A stretch of DNA of 55,869 nucleotides from Gemmatimonadota bacterium (GTDB taxonomy: Bacteria; Gemmatimonadota; Gemmatimonadetes; JACCXV01; JAHWKZ01). The DNA lies in contig DASSPT010000070.1 in the NCBI GenBank assembly GCA_035699465.1, positions 1 to 55,869 on the forward strand. The letters run 5' to 3'. How positions within the stretch are numbered: the first letter of the stretch is position 1; each line of letters starts with the position of its first letter. This document shows, piece by piece, positions 1-8,858 of the stretch. The translations under genes were made by a program, and so were the position numbers. The notes beneath the pieces were generated by a model, which did no database searches, was not told the DNA's origin, and saw only the letters and a list, made by a program, of their open reading frames with translations.

Positions 1-42
1 TGCGACCTCACGCCGATACCACGGGCCCCCGGAGATCCATCC

Positions 43-621
43 GTGAACTATAGAGTCGTCGTCATCGACAACTACGACTCCTTCACGTGGAATCTCGTGC
101 AGGCTCTTTATGGGGAGGGTCGCGAGGTGATCGTCCGGCGCAACGACGCCGTCGACGCCGATTCGCTCGAGCGGCTGGCCCCCACGCATGTCGTGATCAG
201 CCCCGGTCCGGGGCGGCCCGAGGACGCCGGCGCGACGTGCGCGATCGTGAAGCGGTGGTCGGGGCGCGTGCCGGTGCTGGGCGTATGTCTCGGGCATCAG
301 GCGATCGCCCACGTGCTCGGGGGGCGCGTCGAGCGCGCGCCGCGGGTCGTCCACGGCCAGGCGTCGCGCGTCTACCATGACGGGCGTTCGCTCTACTCCG
401 GTGTGTCCAATCCGCTGCAGGCCGGCCGCTACCATTCGCTGATCGTGTCGGAACGCGAGCTCCCGCCCGATCTCGAGGTTTCCGCCTACACCTCCGAGGG
501 GGAGATCATGGGCCTGCGCGTGGCCGGGACCCGGACGGAGGGCGTACAATTCCACCCCGAATCGATCCTCACGGCCGACGGCCCCCGGTTGATCGCCAAC
601 TTCCTGAGAGGAACGTCGTGA
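43..621 (+). CDS. Glutamine amidotransferase subunit of anthranilate/aminodeoxychorismate synthase (TrpG/PabA type)
   Basis: 192-aa ORF with class-I GATase signatures: [12 protein letters not shown], nucleophile elbow GVCLGHQ, and [11 protein letters not shown] start at 43 with GGAG at 31-34. The frame is also open back to base 1, so a longer or fused 5' end cannot be excluded. Confidence 0.85.
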   Translation: MNYRVVVIDNYDSFTWNLVQALYGEGREVIVRRNDAVDADSLERLAPTHVVISPGPGRPEDAGATCAIVKRWSGRVPVLGVCLGHQAIAHVLGGRVERAPRVVHGQASRVYHDGRSLYSGVSNPLQAGRYHSLIVSERELPPDLEVSAYTSEGEIMGLRVAGTRTEGVQFHPESILTADGPRLIANFLRGTS

Positions 622-998
622 GCCCCCTGCGCGGGATCCGGGGGGCGGTCCAGGCGGCCGCCGACACGCCGGACGCGATCGACGCGGCCACGCGGGATCT
701 CCTGCGGGAGATGGTGGCCCGGAACGGGGTCGCTTCGGAGAGCCTGCTGGCGATCTGGTTCACCCAGACGCCGGATCTCACGGCCGCACACGCGGCCGCT
801 TCGGCCCGGGCGCTCGGCTGGCGTCACGTGCCGCTGCTCGGCGCGCAGGAGGCGCCGGTCGCCGGACAGATGGAGCGCGTAGTGCGCGCGCTCATGATCG
901 CCGATCTCGACGTGAACCACGCGGCCGTGCGCCACGTTTACGTGGGAGTGACCCGCGAGTTGCGGGAGGACCTGAACGAGATGGGAGCCTGCGAATGA
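618..998 (+). CDS. aroH: Chorismate mutase, AroH class (monofunctional)
   Basis: 126-aa ORF. The N-terminal LRGIRGA motif and the size are typical of AroH-type chorismate mutase. GTG start overlaps the upstream TGA (GTGA). Confidence 0.8.
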   Translation: MSPLRGIRGAVQAAADTPDAIDAATRDLLREMVARNGVASESLLAIWFTQTPDLTAAHAAASARALGWRHVPLLGAQEAPVAGQMERVVRALMIADLDVNHAAVRHVYVGVTRELREDLNEMGACE

Positions 999-2020
999 TC
1001 GTCATCCTCAAGCCCGGCGTCTCGCTCAAGGCGATGGGCGAGCTGGTCAAGTTCATAGAGTCCCAGGGCCTCAAGGTGGGGCGCATCGTGCGCGGGGAGG
1101 AGCGAACGGTGATCGGGCTGATCGGAGAGGATCGGCACGTGCCAATCGACCGGATCCGCGCCTTCGAGGGCGTCGAGGACGTCGTGCCCGTGCTGAAACC
1201 CTTCAAGCTCGTGAACCGCGAGCTCCAGAAGGAGGACACCGTCGTTCGCGGCGAGGGGTTCAGCTTCGGCGGTGGGAGCTTCACCGTGATCGCCGGTCCC
1301 TGCGCGGTCGAGTCCGCTGACCAGATCATGGAGATCGCCCGCTTCCTGCGCGATCAGGGCGTCGACGTGCTTCGCGGCGGCGCGTTCAAGCCGCGCACCT
1401 CGCCATACTCGTTCCAGGGAATGGAGACCGAGGGACTGAACCTTCTCGCGCGGGCGCGCGAGGAGACGGGACTGGCGATCATCACTGAAGTCGTCTCGGC
1501 AGAGGACGTCCCCGTCGTCGCGGAGGTCGCCGACATCCTTCAGGTCGGCGCGCGGAACATGCAGAACTTCCGTCTCCTCCAGCACGTGGGGCGCACGGAC
1601 CGTCCCGTGTTCCTCAAGCGTGGCCAGAGCGCGACCCTCGAGGAGTTCCTGCTCGCGGCCGAATACGTCGTCGCAGAAGGCAACCCCAACGTGATCCTGT
1701 GCGAGCGAGGGATCCGCACGTTCGAGCGCTACACGCGGAACACCCTCGACATCGCGGCGGTGCCGCTCCTCAAGCAGCTGTCGCATCTCCCGGTCGTCGT
1801 CGATCCCTGCCATGCCACCGGCCGGCGCGACCTCGTGCCGCCGCTGGCGATCGCCGCCCTGGCGGCGGGGGCGGACGGACTCATGGTCGAGGTCCATCCG
1901 GACCCCGAGAACGCGCTGTCCGACGGCCCGCAGAGCCTCACCTTCGAAATGTTCGCTCGCATGAACGAGGATCTCGAGCGGGTCCGCTCCGCGCTCCGCC
2001 CGCACGCCGCGGTGGTATGA
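995..2020 (+). CDS. 3-deoxy-7-phosphoheptulonate (DAHP) synthase, type I-beta, with N-terminal ferredoxin-like regulatory domain
   Basis: 341 aa. Motifs [24 protein letters not shown] and CHATG. About 70 aa of ACT/FL-like N-terminal domain (MIVILKPG...). ATGA overlap with aroH. Confidence 0.9.
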   Translation: MIVILKPGVSLKAMGELVKFIESQGLKVGRIVRGEERTVIGLIGEDRHVPIDRIRAFEGVEDVVPVLKPFKLVNRELQKEDTVVRGEGFSFGGGSFTVIAGPCAVESADQIMEIARFLRDQGVDVLRGGAFKPRTSPYSFQGMETEGLNLLARAREETGLAIITEVVSAEDVPVVAEVADILQVGARNMQNFRLLQHVGRTDRPVFLKRGQSATLEEFLLAAEYVVAEGNPNVILCERGIRTFERYTRNTLDIAAVPLLKQLSHLPVVVDPCHATGRRDLVPPLAIAALAAGADGLMVEVHPDPENALSDGPQSLTFEMFARMNEDLERVRSALRPHAAVV

Positions 2021-3318
2021 GCGAGGTCCGGCTGGCCCCGCTGGGCCGGATCCGGGCCCGGCTGCGCGCACCCGGCGACAAATCGATCTCGCACCGCGCG
2101 CTGATCCTGAACGCGCTCGCCGAGGGAAGCGCGACCGTCACGGGCCTGGCGCCCGGGCTCGACGTGGGCTCGACGGCCGCGGCCCTGGCCGCGCTCGGCG
2201 CGGAAATCGTCCCCACGGGGAGCGGGGCGGTCACGGTGACCGGACCGTCGGTCTGGAAAGCCGAAGGCCCCGTGGATTGCGGCAACTCGGGCACGACGGC
2301 GCGCCTCCTGCTGGGTGCGCTCGCGCCGCGCGCGCTGGGCGAAGTCGTCCTGGACGGCGACGGCTCGCTCCGCCGCCGCCCGATGGACCGAGTCGCGCGG
2401 CCCCTGGCCGCCATGGGCGCCGAGATCGCCGAGCGGAACGGGCCCGGCCGGCTGCCGCTCGCGGTCCGCGGCCGGCCGCTCGCCGGCGCGACCCACCGGC
2501 TCGAGGTCGCGAGCGCCCAGGTCAAGTCCGCGCTGCTTCTGGCCGGGCTCGCCGCCGAGGGCGAGACGGCGATCGCGGAGCCCTTCCCCTCGCGCGACCA
2601 CACCGAGCGGATGCTGCGCGCGATGGGGGCGCGGCTCGTGATCGACGGGGGGATCCGCATCCAGCCGGGCCCCATCCGTGCCATGGACGTGGCCGTTCCC
2701 GGGGATCTGTCGTCGGCGGCCTACTTCCTGGGGCTGGCTGCGGCCGCCGGCGGCGAAGCGGTCGTCGAGGGTGTGGGGCTCAATCCCGGCCGCACCGGAT
2801 TCCTGTCGGTCCTCGAGCGACTCGGCGCGGAGGTGGTCGTCCACACGGAGGAGGAAGGGATCGAGCCTGTCGGGATGGTCATGGTCCGGGCCCACGGGCT
2901 GCGCGCGATCGACGTCGGACCCGAAGAGGTCCCCGGCACGATCGATGAGCTGCCGCTTCTCGCGGTCCTCGCCACGCAGGCCTCCGGCCAGACGCGCGTG
3001 ACCGGCGCGCGCGAACTCCGCGTCAAGGAGAGCGACCGGATCGCGGCGATCGTGGCGGGACTCTCGTCCATGGGGGCGGACATCGAGGCCCTTCCCGACG
3101 GGTTCGTCGTGCAAGGCCCCACGCGACTGGCGGGTGCCGGGCTCGACGCGCACGGCGATCATCGGATCGGGATGGCGCTCGCGATCGCGGCGTCCGTGGC
3201 TGAAGGCGAATCGAGCCTGGCGGGCGCCGATTGGGTGGACGTCTCGTACCCCGGCTTCTTCGAGGCGCTCGCTGGCTGCTCCGATTCGAAGTCGATCCTC
3301 TCCTGGCGCTCGGCGTGA
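2017..3318 (+). CDS. aroA: 3-phosphoshikimate 1-carboxyvinyltransferase (EPSP synthase)
   Basis: This is the internal ATG of track ORF 1699..3318. MSEVRL...[14 protein letters not shown] is the classic EPSPS N-terminus. ATGA overlap with the DAHPS stop. Confidence 0.92.
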   Translation: MSEVRLAPLGRIRARLRAPGDKSISHRALILNALAEGSATVTGLAPGLDVGSTAAALAALGAEIVPTGSGAVTVTGPSVWKAEGPVDCGNSGTTARLLLGALAPRALGEVVLDGDGSLRRRPMDRVARPLAAMGAEIAERNGPGRLPLAVRGRPLAGATHRLEVASAQVKSALLLAGLAAEGETAIAEPFPSRDHTERMLRAMGARLVIDGGIRIQPGPIRAMDVAVPGDLSSAAYFLGLAAAAGGEAVVEGVGLNPGRTGFLSVLERLGAEVVVHTEEEGIEPVGMVMVRAHGLRAIDVGPEEVPGTIDELPLLAVLATQASGQTRVTGARELRVKESDRIAAIVAGLSSMGADIEALPDGFVVQGPTRLAGAGLDAHGDHRIGMALAIAASVAEGESSLAGADWVDVSYPGFFEALAGCSDSKSILSWRSA

Positions 3319-4151
3319 CCGGCGGCGCCCTCCACATGGCGCTCGTCGGGTGGCCCGTGGGCCACAGCCTGAGCCCGCTTCTCTGGGAAGGAGTCGGGAA
3401 GCGCCGGGGGGTCATGATCGAGTACGCCCGCTATCCGGTCGACCCGGAGGACGCGACGTCGTGGGACGCGCTCTGGGCCTCGGATCTCCACGGCTTCAAC
3501 GTCACAGCCCCCTACAAGGAGAGGGCGGCCGCGCGTTGCGACCGGCTCTCGCCCGCGGCCGCCGAGATCCGCTCGGTGAACACCGTGATCCGCGATGCGG
3601 GAGGCTGGACGGGGCACTCGACGGACGGCTACGGATTCGTGCGCGCCATGCTCGCCGCCGACGAGCCGCTGCGGGGACGCACGATGGCGGTGCTCGGCAC
3701 GGGTGGCGCGGGCCGCTCGGTCGCGCGGGCAGCCGCGGAAGCCGGGGCAGAGGTGACGATGGTCAGCCGTTCCCCGGAACGCGTCCCGCCGGGATGTGAC
3801 CGCTTCCCGCGGATCGGCTGGGACGTCCTCGCCGAGCGCGATCCGTTCGACGTGGTGGTGAACGCGACGCCGGTCGGTCGCGGGCGGAGCTCGAGCGAGC
3901 CGGCTCTGTCCTGCGGTCGCGCCTGCACGAACGCGCTGGCGCTCGATCTCAACTACGTCCCGCCGGTCACATCCTTCCTTCGCGCCGCGCGCGCGGCCGG
4001 CGGCCGAACCCTGAACGGGCTCTCCACGCTCGTCTATCAGGCCTGTCTCGGCGCGGCCCTCCTTCTCGATCGCGATGCCGCCGCCGCCGAATCGTACGAA
4101 GACGACTTCCGCGCCGTGGCGCGGGAGGTCGCGCCTCAGGTGTCGAAATGA
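3315..4151 (+). CDS. aroE: Shikimate dehydrogenase
   Basis: Motifs VGWPVGHSLSPLLW, NVTAPYKE and GTGGAGRSV (NADP site). GTG at 3315 overlaps the aroA TGA. The alternative ATG at 3336 is equally possible. Confidence 0.85.
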   Translation: MTGGALHMALVGWPVGHSLSPLLWEGVGKRRGVMIEYARYPVDPEDATSWDALWASDLHGFNVTAPYKERAAARCDRLSPAAAEIRSVNTVIRDAGGWTGHSTDGYGFVRAMLAADEPLRGRTMAVLGTGGAGRSVARAAAEAGAEVTMVSRSPERVPPGCDRFPRIGWDVLAERDPFDVVVNATPVGRGRSSSEPALSCGRACTNALALDLNYVPPVTSFLRAARAAGGRTLNGLSTLVYQACLGAALLLDRDAAAAESYEDDFRAVAREVAPQVSK

Positions 4152-5359
4152 TCGGCCGCCGGTTGCGCCTGCTCACGGCCGGCGAGTCCCACGGCGCGCG
4201 CCTCCTCGGCATCCTCGACGGCGTCCCGGCGGGCGTTCCGCTCTCGGCCGCCGCCGTCGACGGCTATCTGTGGCGCCGGCAGGGGGGCGTGGGCCGTGGC
4301 GCGCGGATGAAGATCGAGCGCGACCACGCGGAGGTGGTGGCCGGAGTCTGGAAGGGCGAGACGTCGGGCGCACCGGTCGCCATGACGATCGAGAACAGGA
4401 GCGTGATCTCCGAGGATCGACAGCCTGTTCGCACGGTTCCCCGGCCGGGCCACGCCGATCTGACCGGGATGCTCAAGCACGCGCTCGCCGACGCGAACCC
4501 CGCGATCGAGCGCTCGAGCGCGCGCGAGACCGCGATGCGAGTCGCGCTCGGCGCCGTGGCGCACGCGCTCCTGCGGGAGCTCGGGATGGGAGTCTTCGGC
4601 CATGTCGTGTCGATCGGTGGGGTGGAAGCGAGCCCGGACCGCGGCGATTGGGGCGCGCTCGTCCACGCGCGCGACCGGAGTCCTCTGTATTGCGCGGATC
4701 CCGGTGTCGAGGAGGCGATGCTCGCGCGGATCGAAGAGGCGAGGGAGCGGCAGGAGACGTTGGGCGGCGTGGCGGAGGTCGTCGCGCTGGGCGTGCCGCC
4801 GGGCGTGGGTTCCTACTCCCAGTGGGACACGCGGCTCGAGGCGTCGCTCGCGGCGGCGCTCCTCTCGATCCAGTCCGTGAAGGCGGCCGCGATCGGCGAC
4901 GGCGTGGCGACGGCGGGGGAGCTCGGCCGCGCGGCGCAGGACGAGATCTTCTGGGACGAGGGGATCGTCAGGCGAACGAACCGCGCGGGCGGGATCGAGG
5001 GGGGCATCACGAACGGCGAGCCGGTCGTCGCGCGCGCCTGGTTCAAGCCGATCTCGACCCAGCGGCGACCGCTTCGGTCCGTCGACGTGGCGACCGGCGA
5101 GGAGACGGATTGCAGGTACATCCGCTCCGACACTCTGATCGTGCCCGCGGGCAGCGTGGTGGCCGAGGCGATGGTCGCGATCGCGCTGGCGGACGCGGTG
5201 CTGGAGAAGCTCGGCGGCGACCACCTGAACGACACCCGCGCGTCGCTGGACGCGCTTCTCGCGCGACTCCCCTGGCGAAGGCCGGGGCTGCCGTCCGTGC
5301 TGACCGCGGCTCCCGCGCCGCCGCCCGAGCCGGCCGAGGAGGCGGCGGAGGAAACGTGA
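4148..5359 (+). CDS. aroC: Chorismate synthase
   Basis: 403 aa. LLTAGESHG N-terminal signature and a GGISNG-like GGIEGGITNG. ATGA overlap with aroE. Confidence 0.92.
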   Translation: MIGRRLRLLTAGESHGARLLGILDGVPAGVPLSAAAVDGYLWRRQGGVGRGARMKIERDHAEVVAGVWKGETSGAPVAMTIENRSVISEDRQPVRTVPRPGHADLTGMLKHALADANPAIERSSARETAMRVALGAVAHALLRELGMGVFGHVVSIGGVEASPDRGDWGALVHARDRSPLYCADPGVEEAMLARIEEARERQETLGGVAEVVALGVPPGVGSYSQWDTRLEASLAAALLSIQSVKAAAIGDGVATAGELGRAAQDEIFWDEGIVRRTNRAGGIEGGITNGEPVVARAWFKPISTQRRPLRSVDVATGEETDCRYIRSDTLIVPAGSVVAEAMVAIALADAVLEKLGGDHLNDTRASLDALLARLPWRRPGLPSVLTAAPAPPPEPAEEAAEET

Positions 5360-6993
5360 GCGGCCCGAGAATCTATCTGGCCGGGCTGTCGGGCGCGGGG
5401 AAGTCGACCGTCGCCGCGCTGGCGGGGCGCTGGCTCGGCATCCCGGCCGTGGATGTGGACGCCGAAGTCGAGCGCGTGGCGGGACGGAGCGTGGCCGCGC
5501 TATGGGCCGAGGGCGGCGAAGCGGCCTTTCGCGCGGGCGAGCGGCGCGCCGTCGAGGAGACCGTCGCGCGGCCGGGTCCGGCCGTCGTCGCGCTGGGCGG
5601 CGGCACGCTGGAGGACCCCGAAACCCGCGAGCGGCTCGCCCGCTGGGGCGAAGGCGTCTGGCTGGACGCGCCGGCGGAAGCGCTCGCCGAGCGGATCGGG
5701 GATGGGGCGGCCGAGCGGCCGCTCCTGGCCGGCCGCGACCCCGCGCGGATGCTCCGCGAGCTGGCGGCCGCGCGCGGACCGCGGTACGCGGCGCTTCCGC
5801 ACCGCGTCCGCGCCCACGGTCGCCCGGCCGACGCGGTGGCGGCGGCCGCGCTTCGCGCGGTCTCGCGCACCGATCCGGCCGATCTCGGCGACGGCGTTCG
5901 GCTGGGCCGGGGCGCGCTCGCCCGCGCGGCCGAGCTCCTCGCCGAGGCGTGTCCCACGGTCCTGGGGAGCGTGCTCCCCGTCGTGACCGACTCGCGGATC
6001 TGGACCCTGCACGGCACCGAGCTCGCCGACGCGCTCGTCACGCGGGGTTGGACCGCGAGCCCGATCGCGCTTCGCGAGGGCGAGGCCGCCAAGGCGCCCG
6101 ACGGGCTCGTGGCGATCTGGCAGGGGATCGCGGCGCTCGGCGCCGAGCCGGGCACCCCCCTCCTCGTCCTCGGCGGCGGCGCGCCGGGGGACGTCGGCGG
6201 ACTGGCCGCGGCGACCTTCAAGCGGGGGATGGCGCTCGCCCTCTTCCCGACGACCCTGCTCGCGCAAGTGGACGCCGCGATCGGGGGCAAGAACGCCATC
6301 GACCTCGGCGGAATCAAGAACGTCGTCGGCACGTTCCACGACCCCGTTCTGATCGCGATCGATCCGCTCTGCCCGCTGACGCAGACCGAGCGCGACTGGC
6401 GCTCGGGGTGGGCCGAGATCGTGAAATCCGGCCTGATCGGAGACCCCGACCTGTTCGCGCTCTGCGAGCGGGAGCCGGAGGCGATCGCGGAGCGGCGGCT
6501 GGAGGTGGTCGAGGAGGCGATCCTGCGAGCCGCGCGCGTCAAGCTGCGGATCGTTCGCGAGGACCCGCGCGAGGCGGGGCCCCGGCGGGCGCTCAACCTC
6601 GGTCACACGGTCGGACACGCGCTGGAGGCCGCCGCGGACGGCGGGCTGACCCACGGCGAGGCGGTCGCGATCGGCCTGGTGTCCGCGGCGCGACTGTCCG
6701 CCGGCCTGGGTGTGTCCGACCCGGGGCTCGTCGAGCGCATCGCGTCCGCGCTCGCGGCGCTCGGGCTTCCCACGGCTCCGCCTCCGGCGCTCGATCCCGC
6801 CCGCGTCCTGGCGCTCGCGCGGCAGGACAAGAAGCGGCGCGGCGGCGCGCTCCACGCCGTTCTGCCCGTGCGCCCCGGCGAGACGACGATCCGCTCCCTC
6901 GATGAAGCCCGGCTAGAGCGCTGGATCGAGGAGTCGCTCGGCCCGCGTGCCGCGTCGAGACCGCGCGCGGCCGGCGCGAGAGGCACGGCGTGA
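5356..6993 (+). CDS. aroKB: Bifunctional shikimate kinase / 3-dehydroquinate synthase (fusion)
   Basis: Only the C-terminal 545 codons of track ORF 4075..6993 look real. GTG at 5356 overlaps the aroC TGA. The N-terminal P-loop is IYLAGLSGAGKST (shikimate kinase). The C-terminal region has LGGGAPGDVGG, VDAAIGGKNAI and NLGHTVGHALE (DHQ synthase metal/NAD motifs). Confidence 0.88.
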   Translation: MSGPRIYLAGLSGAGKSTVAALAGRWLGIPAVDVDAEVERVAGRSVAALWAEGGEAAFRAGERRAVEETVARPGPAVVALGGGTLEDPETRERLARWGEGVWLDAPAEALAERIGDGAAERPLLAGRDPARMLRELAAARGPRYAALPHRVRAHGRPADAVAAAALRAVSRTDPADLGDGVRLGRGALARAAELLAEACPTVLGSVLPVVTDSRIWTLHGTELADALVTRGWTASPIALREGEAAKAPDGLVAIWQGIAALGAEPGTPLLVLGGGAPGDVGGLAAATFKRGMALALFPTTLLAQVDAAIGGKNAIDLGGIKNVVGTFHDPVLIAIDPLCPLTQTERDWRSGWAEIVKSGLIGDPDLFALCEREPEAIAERRLEVVEEAILRAARVKLRIVREDPREAGPRRALNLGHTVGHALEAAADGGLTHGEAVAIGLVSAARLSAGLGVSDPGLVERIASALAALGLPTAPPPALDPARVLALARQDKKRRGGALHAVLPVRPGETTIRSLDEARLERWIEESLGPRAASRPRAAGARGTA

Positions 6994-7433
6994 AGGTCCT
7001 CGTTCTCAACGGCCCCAACCTCGGCATCCTCGGAACCCGGGAGCCGGCGATCTACGGATCGGAGACCCTCGCCGAGATCGAGGCGGCGCTCGCGCCGGCG
7101 GCCGCCGACCTGGGGATCGAGACCGAGTGGATCCAATCCAACCACGAGGGCGACCTGATCGAGGCGCTCCAGAGCGGCGCGGCGAGCGCCGCCGGCGCGC
7201 TCCTGAACGCGGGTGCGCTCACCCACTACGGGTTCGCGCTCGCCGACGCGGTGCGCGCGTTCCCGCATCCCGTCGTCGAGGTGCACCTCTCCAACGTGCA
7301 CGCTCGCGAGCCGTGGCGGCGTCGGTCGGTGCTCGCGGCGGCCTGCGCGGGCGGGGTGTTCGGGTTCGGCGCGGACAGCTATCGCCTGGCTCTCCTGGCG
7401 CTCGCGCGCCTCGTCGAGGCCGATCGCCGATGA
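6990..7433 (+). CDS. aroQ: 3-dehydroquinate dehydratase, type II
   Basis: 147 aa. Motifs VLVLNGPNLGILGTREPAIYG and HLSNVHAREPWR. GTGA overlap with aroKB. Confidence 0.93.
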   Translation: MKVLVLNGPNLGILGTREPAIYGSETLAEIEAALAPAAADLGIETEWIQSNHEGDLIEALQSGAASAAGALLNAGALTHYGFALADAVRAFPHPVVEVHLSNVHAREPWRRRSVLAAACAGGVFGFGADSYRLALLALARLVEADRR

Positions 7434-8818
7434 GCGCCCGCGGCGCGGTCCAGGGTCCGTCCGGAACCGCGCTCCCGCGAATCGTAGTCCCGCCGCCCGG
7501 CCCCAGGAGCCGCGAGCTGGCGGCGCAGAATGGCGCGCGCGAGACCGCGCCCGCGGTCGGCGTACTGAACGGCTCGGCGCCCATCGGCTGGGCCGCCGCG
7601 CGGGGCGCCAACGTCGTCGACGTCGACGGGAACGTATACGTGGATCTGACGGGTGGGTTCGGCGCCGCTCTGGTCGGGCACCGCAACCCGCGCGTCGTGC
7701 GCGCGATCGAGCGGCAGTCGCGCCGGCTCGTGCACGCGCTCGGCGACGCGGCGCCGCACCCGGAGCGGGCGGCGCTGGCGGCGGAGCTGTCGGCCAGAGG
7801 GCCGATCCGCGGTGGACGCGTGTACTTCGCGGGCTCGGGCGCCGAAGCCGTCGACCTCGCGCTCAAGACCGCGCACCTCACCACCGGAAGGCCGGGCGTC
7901 GTCGCCTTCGAGGGGGGCTACCACGGGACCTCGCTGGGCGCGCTGCGCGCGACCTCGCGCGCGGCGTTCCGCCTCCCGTTCGAGGACGCGCTCGCGCCCG
8001 CGACCCTGCGGGTGCCGTTCCCGGACGCGTATCGCCCGGCCTTCCGAGTCTCCGGGCGGAGCGTGGGCCGCGTGTTCCTCGATGCGGCGCTCGCGCGGAT
8101 CGACGCCTGGATCGGCGATCTCTCGAAGCCCCGGCTCGGCGCCGTCCTCGTCGAGCCCGTTCAGGGACGCGAGGGCGTGGTCGTCCCCCCGCGGGGCTGG
8201 CTCGCCGCTCTCGGCCGCGCGGCGCGGGAGCGCCGGCTCCTCGTCGTCGCCGACGAGATCCTTACCGGGGGCGGACGCACCGGGCGGATGTGGGCGAGCG
8301 GCCCGCTCGAGCCCGACCTCGTCCTCGTCGGGAAGGGGGTTGCCGGCGGGATGCCGCTGGCGGCGCTCGTCGGCCGGCGCGAGGTGATGGCGGCGTGGGA
8401 GGGCGAGGGCGAGGCGCGCCACACGACGACCTTTCTCGCGCACCCCCTGGCCGTGGCCGCCGCCCGCGCCGCGCTGGCCGAGATCCGCGCGCGGGACCTT
8501 CCGCGTCGCGCGCGGGCGATCGGGCGGCTCCTCGGGGCCGGGCTCGGGCGCATCCGGCGCGTGCACCCTCCGGTCGGAGACGTGCGGGGCGCCGGTGGGC
8601 TGTGGGGAGTCGACTTCGTCGTCGATCCGGAGTCCCGCGAGCCCGACCCTGTGCTCGCCAAGGCCGTCGCCCGGGACCTCGCCGCGCGGGGGTACCTGGC
8701 CCTCGCCGGCGGCGAGGCCGGAAACGTGATCGCGCTCACGCCTCCGCTCACGATCACCGACCGGCAGATCGCGGGGTTCCTCGCCGCGCTCGAGGCCGCG
8801 CTGTCCGACCACGCATGA
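7430..8818 (+). CDS. Class-III (omega) pyridoxal-phosphate aminotransferase
   Basis: This is the internal ATG of track ORF 6947..8818 (ATGA overlap with aroQ). Motifs GGFGAALVGHRNP, GSGAEAVDLALK, FEGGYHGTSLGAL, and DEILTGGGRTGRMWA preceding the PLP-lysine region. Substrate not assignable. Confidence 0.85.
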   Translation: MSARGAVQGPSGTALPRIVVPPPGPRSRELAAQNGARETAPAVGVLNGSAPIGWAAARGANVVDVDGNVYVDLTGGFGAALVGHRNPRVVRAIERQSRRLVHALGDAAPHPERAALAAELSARGPIRGGRVYFAGSGAEAVDLALKTAHLTTGRPGVVAFEGGYHGTSLGALRATSRAAFRLPFEDALAPATLRVPFPDAYRPAFRVSGRSVGRVFLDAALARIDAWIGDLSKPRLGAVLVEPVQGREGVVVPPRGWLAALGRAARERRLLVVADEILTGGGRTGRMWASGPLEPDLVLVGKGVAGGMPLAALVGRREVMAAWEGEGEARHTTTFLAHPLAVAAARAALAEIRARDLPRRARAIGRLLGAGLGRIRRVHPPVGDVRGAGGLWGVDFVVDPESREPDPVLAKAVARDLAARGYLALAGGEAGNVIALTPPLTITDRQIAGFLAALEAALSDHA

Positions 8819-8826
8819 GGTTTCGC

Positions 8827-8853
8827 AACCCCGGACCGGCCTGCGGGGTTTCA
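8827..8853 (+). terminator. Putative intrinsic terminator after the aro operon
   Basis: 7-bp stem AACCCCG (8827-8833) / CGGGGTT (8844-8850) with a 10-nt loop. It runs into a short TTT tract directly after the aminotransferase stop. Confidence 0.45.
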
Positions 8854-8858
8854 AGGGA

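Noticed and set aside
1-46. Possible 3' end of an upstream gene (frame 2 ends at TGA 44-46, overlapping the GTG start at 43), or a 5' extension of the amidotransferase (frame 1 is open from base 1).
   Set aside because: Only 14 codons are visible. Neither [14 protein letters not shown] nor CDLTPIPRAPGDPS is recognisable, so no call can be supported.
938-2071. Many very long ORFs antisense to, or out of frame with, the called genes. Examples: 938-2071(-), 1729-3162(-), 4136-5224(-), 7379-9211(-), 15926-17908(-), 22998-24914(-), 24697-26472(-), 29314-31026(-), 38175-40118(-), 40952-42835(-), 49844-51502(-).
   Set aside because: Their translations are Arg/Pro/Gly/Ala-rich low-complexity strings with no family motifs. 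Each is fully shadowed by an ORF on the other strand or frame with strong motifs. Long stop-free shadow frames are expected at about 70% GC.
4075-6993. 972-aa track ORF as a giant multidomain protein.
   Set aside because: The first 427 codons overlap aroE/aroC out of frame and are Arg-rich nonsense. The credible gene begins at GTG 5356, with a GTGA overlap with aroC.
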